Shown here: piece by piece, positions 23,982 through 24,000 of the stretch
How the letters are laid out: every line of letters starts with the position of its first letter
How positions within the stretch are numbered: the stretch's first letter is position 1
Source: Bacteroidales bacterium
GTDB lineage: Bacteria > Bacteroidota > Bacteroidia > Bacteroidales > G963667975
Assembly (NCBI GenBank): GCA_963677395.2
Contig: OY781965.2
Coordinates: forward strand, 1,124,056 to 1,148,055
Length of the DNA: 24,000 bases
Reading direction: 5' to 3'
Translations under genes and position numbers: made by a program
Notes under the pieces: generated by a model
Database searches by the model: none
Seen by the model: the letters and a program-made list of their open reading frames with translations, nothing else
Told to the model about the DNA's origin: nothing

Positions 23982-24000
23982 AGGAATATCATTTTTCAAA
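23934..24000 (-). repeat. Direct repeat copy 2 (67 bp, truncated by the window end), forming the 5' two-thirds of the tRNA-like gene plus its upstream flank
   Basis: Identical to 23540-23606. Confidence 0.95.

Overview
This is an AT-rich window of Bacteroidota type. The evidence is a T9SS type-B C-terminal sorting domain, PKD and SBBP surface proteins, and TAnnTTTG -7 promoter boxes. The left part (1-6.2 kb) holds ordinary genes: the 5' part of a PKD-repeat secreted protein, a DppC/OppC-type ABC permease, a TIGR00266/AIM24-family protein, an unknown secreted protein and the ABC-F factor EttA.

The centre (6.27-19.77 kb) is the notable part. It is a tightly packed gene set, almost all on the minus strand, built around a MOP-type molybdopterin aldehyde oxidoreductase of 973 aa. 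Its neighbours are:
- a C_GCAxxG_C_C protein
- a 747-aa flavin/Fe-S/CCG-domain fusion oxidoreductase
- a 64-aa CxxC zinc-ribbon protein
- a radical SAM enzyme
- a class I methyltransferase
- a PaaK-like adenylate-forming ligase
- a MobA/MocA-like nucleotidyltransferase
- an oppositely oriented XdhC-family Moco chaperone
- a DUF364-like protein
- a polytopic membrane protein fused to a P-loop NTPase

This matches, from memory, the functionally uncharacterised Desulfovibrio vulgaris DVU_1551-DVU_1559-type neighbourhood, whose radical SAM member is named TrsS. I read it as a candidate cofactor or enzyme maturation system for the Mo enzyme. Two of its transcription units carry the same promoter-proximal element, TAnnTTTG-N5-GATATG-N10-CATATC. 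The xdhC promoter carries a degenerate version.

The right part holds a 1102-aa SBBP beta-propeller/T9SS type-B protein and a small GIY-YIG nuclease gene. The 3' end of the GIY-YIG gene is a 67-bp exact copy of the 5' two-thirds of an adjacent non-canonical tRNA-like gene; the window ends inside that second copy. I found no rRNA, CRISPR array, transposase or integrase.
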